Part shown: in pieces, positions 61,191 to 64,000 of the stretch
How positions within the stretch are numbered: position 1 is the first letter of the stretch
Layout of the letters: each line of letters starts with the position of its first letter
Position numbers and translations under genes: made by a program
Source of the DNA: Callorhinchus milii
Lineage: Eukaryota
Assembly: GCF_018977255.1 (NCBI RefSeq)
Contig: NW_024704742.1
Coordinates: 42,036,001-42,100,000 of the forward strand
DNA length: 64,000 bases
Direction of reading: 5' to 3'
Notes under the pieces: model-generated
Databases searched by the model: none
Told to the model about the DNA's origin: nothing
What the model saw: the letters and a program-made list of their open reading frames with translations, nothing else

Positions 61191-61593
61191 GATATAATAA
61201 AGCTTGCATTTGACATAGCACCTTATCTTGTCATCAAAATGACTTAAAGTGCTTCACAGGATTTACTATGAAGTATAGTGACTGTAGTTATAGGCAATAT
61301 ATCACGTGAGAGACGCACAGCCTCGCATAGATATTCAGATACAATATCATGTACAAGCACACAAGTCATTCTCCAGGTTTGCCTCAAATTAGTGGAGGTG
61401 GATTAACGGTTTCTTTTTTTATCATAGAATCTTTGACATTTTATTGTACTCTTGACAGCATTAGTTAAACCTGTTATTAGATCATCTCCCAAAACAAATT
61501 CCATTGAGATCTGAAATTACAGCAGCTAATCTGTGTTTTATTTGTATTAATTATCCAAGTAACTTCACCTGAAAAGTGGTGTTTTTTTACACG

Positions 61594-63234
61594 AACCCGG
61601 ATGCTCGAGCGCTGATGGCAGAAATCCAGCCTCACAATTCACCTTCAGCTGTGGCTCGAGCACCTCTGCATCTACCGTCTCTCCCTTTCACAGGCCAAAA
61701 CTGACTTTTACTCCAAAGTCATCCTGGAAGCAAACAACAATCCAAAGACGCAGTCTCTCTCCTCAGGCTCTGTTCCACTCTTCCTGAAAACCGCTGTCAT
61801 CACACCCCTCCTCAAAAAACCCACCATCAATCCCTCTAATCTCGCACACTGCCATCCCATCTCCAACCTGCCCTTCTTTGCCAAAGTCCTGGAATGCATT
61901 GTTGCAGGTCAACTTCGGTCACTCCACTCCCTCCTCGAGGTCCTGCTGTCTGGTTTTCACTCTGCCCACAGCACAGACAGCGCTTGTCAAAGTCACAAAT
62001 GATATTCTCTCTATCTGGGACCAGGGCTCCCTCTGCCTCTTCGTCCTCCTGGATCTCTCTGCCATGATCGACACAGTAGACAAAGTCATCCGCCTCCACC
62101 GCCTCTCCCTCATCTACCTTAGCATGGTTCGAGTCCTACTTAACCAACTGCCTCCATTTCATCTCAGCAAATGGTTTCTCCTCACGCCCCACCCGGTCAC
62201 CTGTGGGGTACCCCAGGACTCCATCCTTGTCCCTCTTCTTTTTCTTATCTATATGCTCCCTCTTGGCGATGTCATCTGCAGACACGGGGTAAACTTCCAC
62301 ATGTATGTGGATGACACACAAATCTACTTTGCCTACTCCAAAACCAACTCCATGTCCGACGATGTTCTATCAGCTTGTCTGTCAGACATCAAGCACTGGA
62401 TGAGTGTAAATTTCCTGTAGCTGAATAGGGAGAAGACGGAATCCATATTTCTTGGCTCCCGTCAACGTCTTCACTCCTGCAGATCTAAACTCTTCAACCT
62501 CTCTGGGCTCTCCCTCAGACTCACCGAACCATTGCGCAACATAGGTGTCCGGTTCGAACCCCAACTGTCCTTCCTCCCCCAAATCCAATCTCTGACCAGG
62601 ACCCCTTTCTTCTACCTCCGCCACATTGCCCGCCTCTGACCGTACCTTACCCCAAATGCAGCCGAAACTCTTGTGCATGCGTTTGTCACCTCCTGCCTGA
62701 ATTACTCAAATAAACTCCTCGCCGGTCTCCCCAGCTCCACCATTCACAAGATCTAGCTCATTCAAAACTCTGCCGCTGACATACTGACCCAGACCAAACT
62801 CCGTACCCACATCTCACCAGTTCTGGCCAGACTCCACTGGTTCCCCATCACCGAACGGATCGACTTCAAGATCCTCACACTTGTGTTCAAATCCATTCAC
62901 TCCTTGGTACCTCCCTACCTCTTCGACCTTCTCACTCCCCAATCCACCACCCGGTGCCTCCACTCGACTGGCACCGGCCTCCTGCTCGTCCCTCGCATCC
63001 TCCACCCCACCATCAGCCACTACGCCCCAAAACGCTGGAACACTCTCCCTCAAACCTTCTACCTCGCCCCCTCGCTCCCCTATTTCAAGTACTGCCTAAA
63101 AACGTTCCTGTTCGACCATGCTTACGACCACCTCCCCACTACCCCCAGCCCGGAGTCAGGCTCCACCACTGTTAAGCTCTCTGAGACTCTGCCCTGCGTG
63201 GTGGGTGCCATATAAGTGCAAGTTGTTGTTGTTG
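61594..63234 (+). pseudogene. L2 LINE ORF2 (reverse transcriptase) pseudogene, 5' truncated, with 3' tail
   Basis: KTAVITPLLKKP..HPISNLPFFAKVLE, LLDLSAMIDTVD, GVPQDSILVPLLFLIY, YVDDTQIY, LHWFPI, LKTFLF; stops and frameshifts present; (GTT)n tail. Confidence 0.95.
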
Positions 63235-63345
63235 GTTTCCTATATTGTGTCACTCCTCGTTTCCTGGTTTGTAGGATTTCATGTCAGAAAAACCTTGCAA
63301 TGCGTACTTTCCAGCATTATGTTGGCCTTCGTTCTCAGTTTCGTT

Positions 63346-63783
63346 TATTAATAATAATACTTGTGTTAGATGCAGTGCCTTATTATTCCGTCGAGTTGCT
63401 CAAAGCGCTTCAATGAATATACTGTAAAGTGATATGACTGTGTGTATTTTGTGGGCAAACACAGCAGCTAATCATCACTATATCAAATGCAAGGATTATT
63501 ATTATTATTATCACATAGCAATGCCCCACAAACAGCCATGGAGTGAGTGACCAATTTTATTTGGGGTATTGTTGACCACTTAAAAGCTCCCTTCTCTTTT
63601 CAAATAGTAATGTGGGATCTTTAACATCCACTTGGACCTTGGTTAATATGTCAATGCAGCACATCTCTAGCCCTATTGAAGTGTCAGCATAGGCTATATG
63701 GGTTCTAAGTCCCAATATATGGCTTGAACCCACAACCTTCTGACTCAGAGTCGAGAATGCTACCAACTGAGCCAGGTTGACAC
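63346..63783 (-). mobile_element. SacSINE1-like Deu SINE with a short inverted tail inserted in the core
   Basis: Head on the reverse complement gtcaacctggctcagttggtagcattctcgactctgagtcagaagg; Deu domain; tail. Confidence 0.88.
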
Positions 63784-64000
63784 CCATCTTGTTAATGTTT
63801 CAGACTGAGAAACACCATTTTAGAATGAGAAATAGAAAACGATATGGCTTAGAAGCTGGAAATCAGTGTATACCCAAAACATCAATGAGTCTTTCTTTTT
63901 CAGATGCAGCTTGAGCTGTGTTGCATTAATTTTCTGCCTTTTATGTTGTTTGTTGTAAAACTCCAGACTGATCCTTTCTGCCTTCTGGAGTTTTAATGTG

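Noticed and set aside
1-64000. Prokaryote-style systems (operons, CRISPR, retrons) or a host gene assignment
   Set aside because: The sequence is vertebrate non-coding DNA, the only RT is a broken L2, and no host exon could be recognised

Overview
Repeat-rich, essentially non-coding vertebrate DNA, most likely from a cartilaginous fish (the dominant young tRNA-Ala/Deu-core SINE resembles, from memory, the elephant-shark SINE2-1_CM family). I recognised no host protein-coding exon in 64 kb, so the window is probably a large intron or a gene desert. The supplied ORFs are chance ORFs or retroelement remnants. Content: many copies of Deu-domain SINEs in at least three age classes that share an L2-type 3' tail, a second older tRNA-like SINE family, CR1 and L2 LINE fragments (the largest is a 1.6 kb L2 RT pseudogene at 61.6-63.2 kb), a hAT transposase fossil, a possible Harbinger fossil, palindromic MITE-like elements, two striking hairpins (16.9 kb and 21.8 kb), micro- and minisatellites, and several repeat-free, motif-rich blocks that look like conserved enhancers. 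I found no convincing novel multi-gene system. Family names are recognised by eye, boundaries of old repeats are approximate, and no database search was run.
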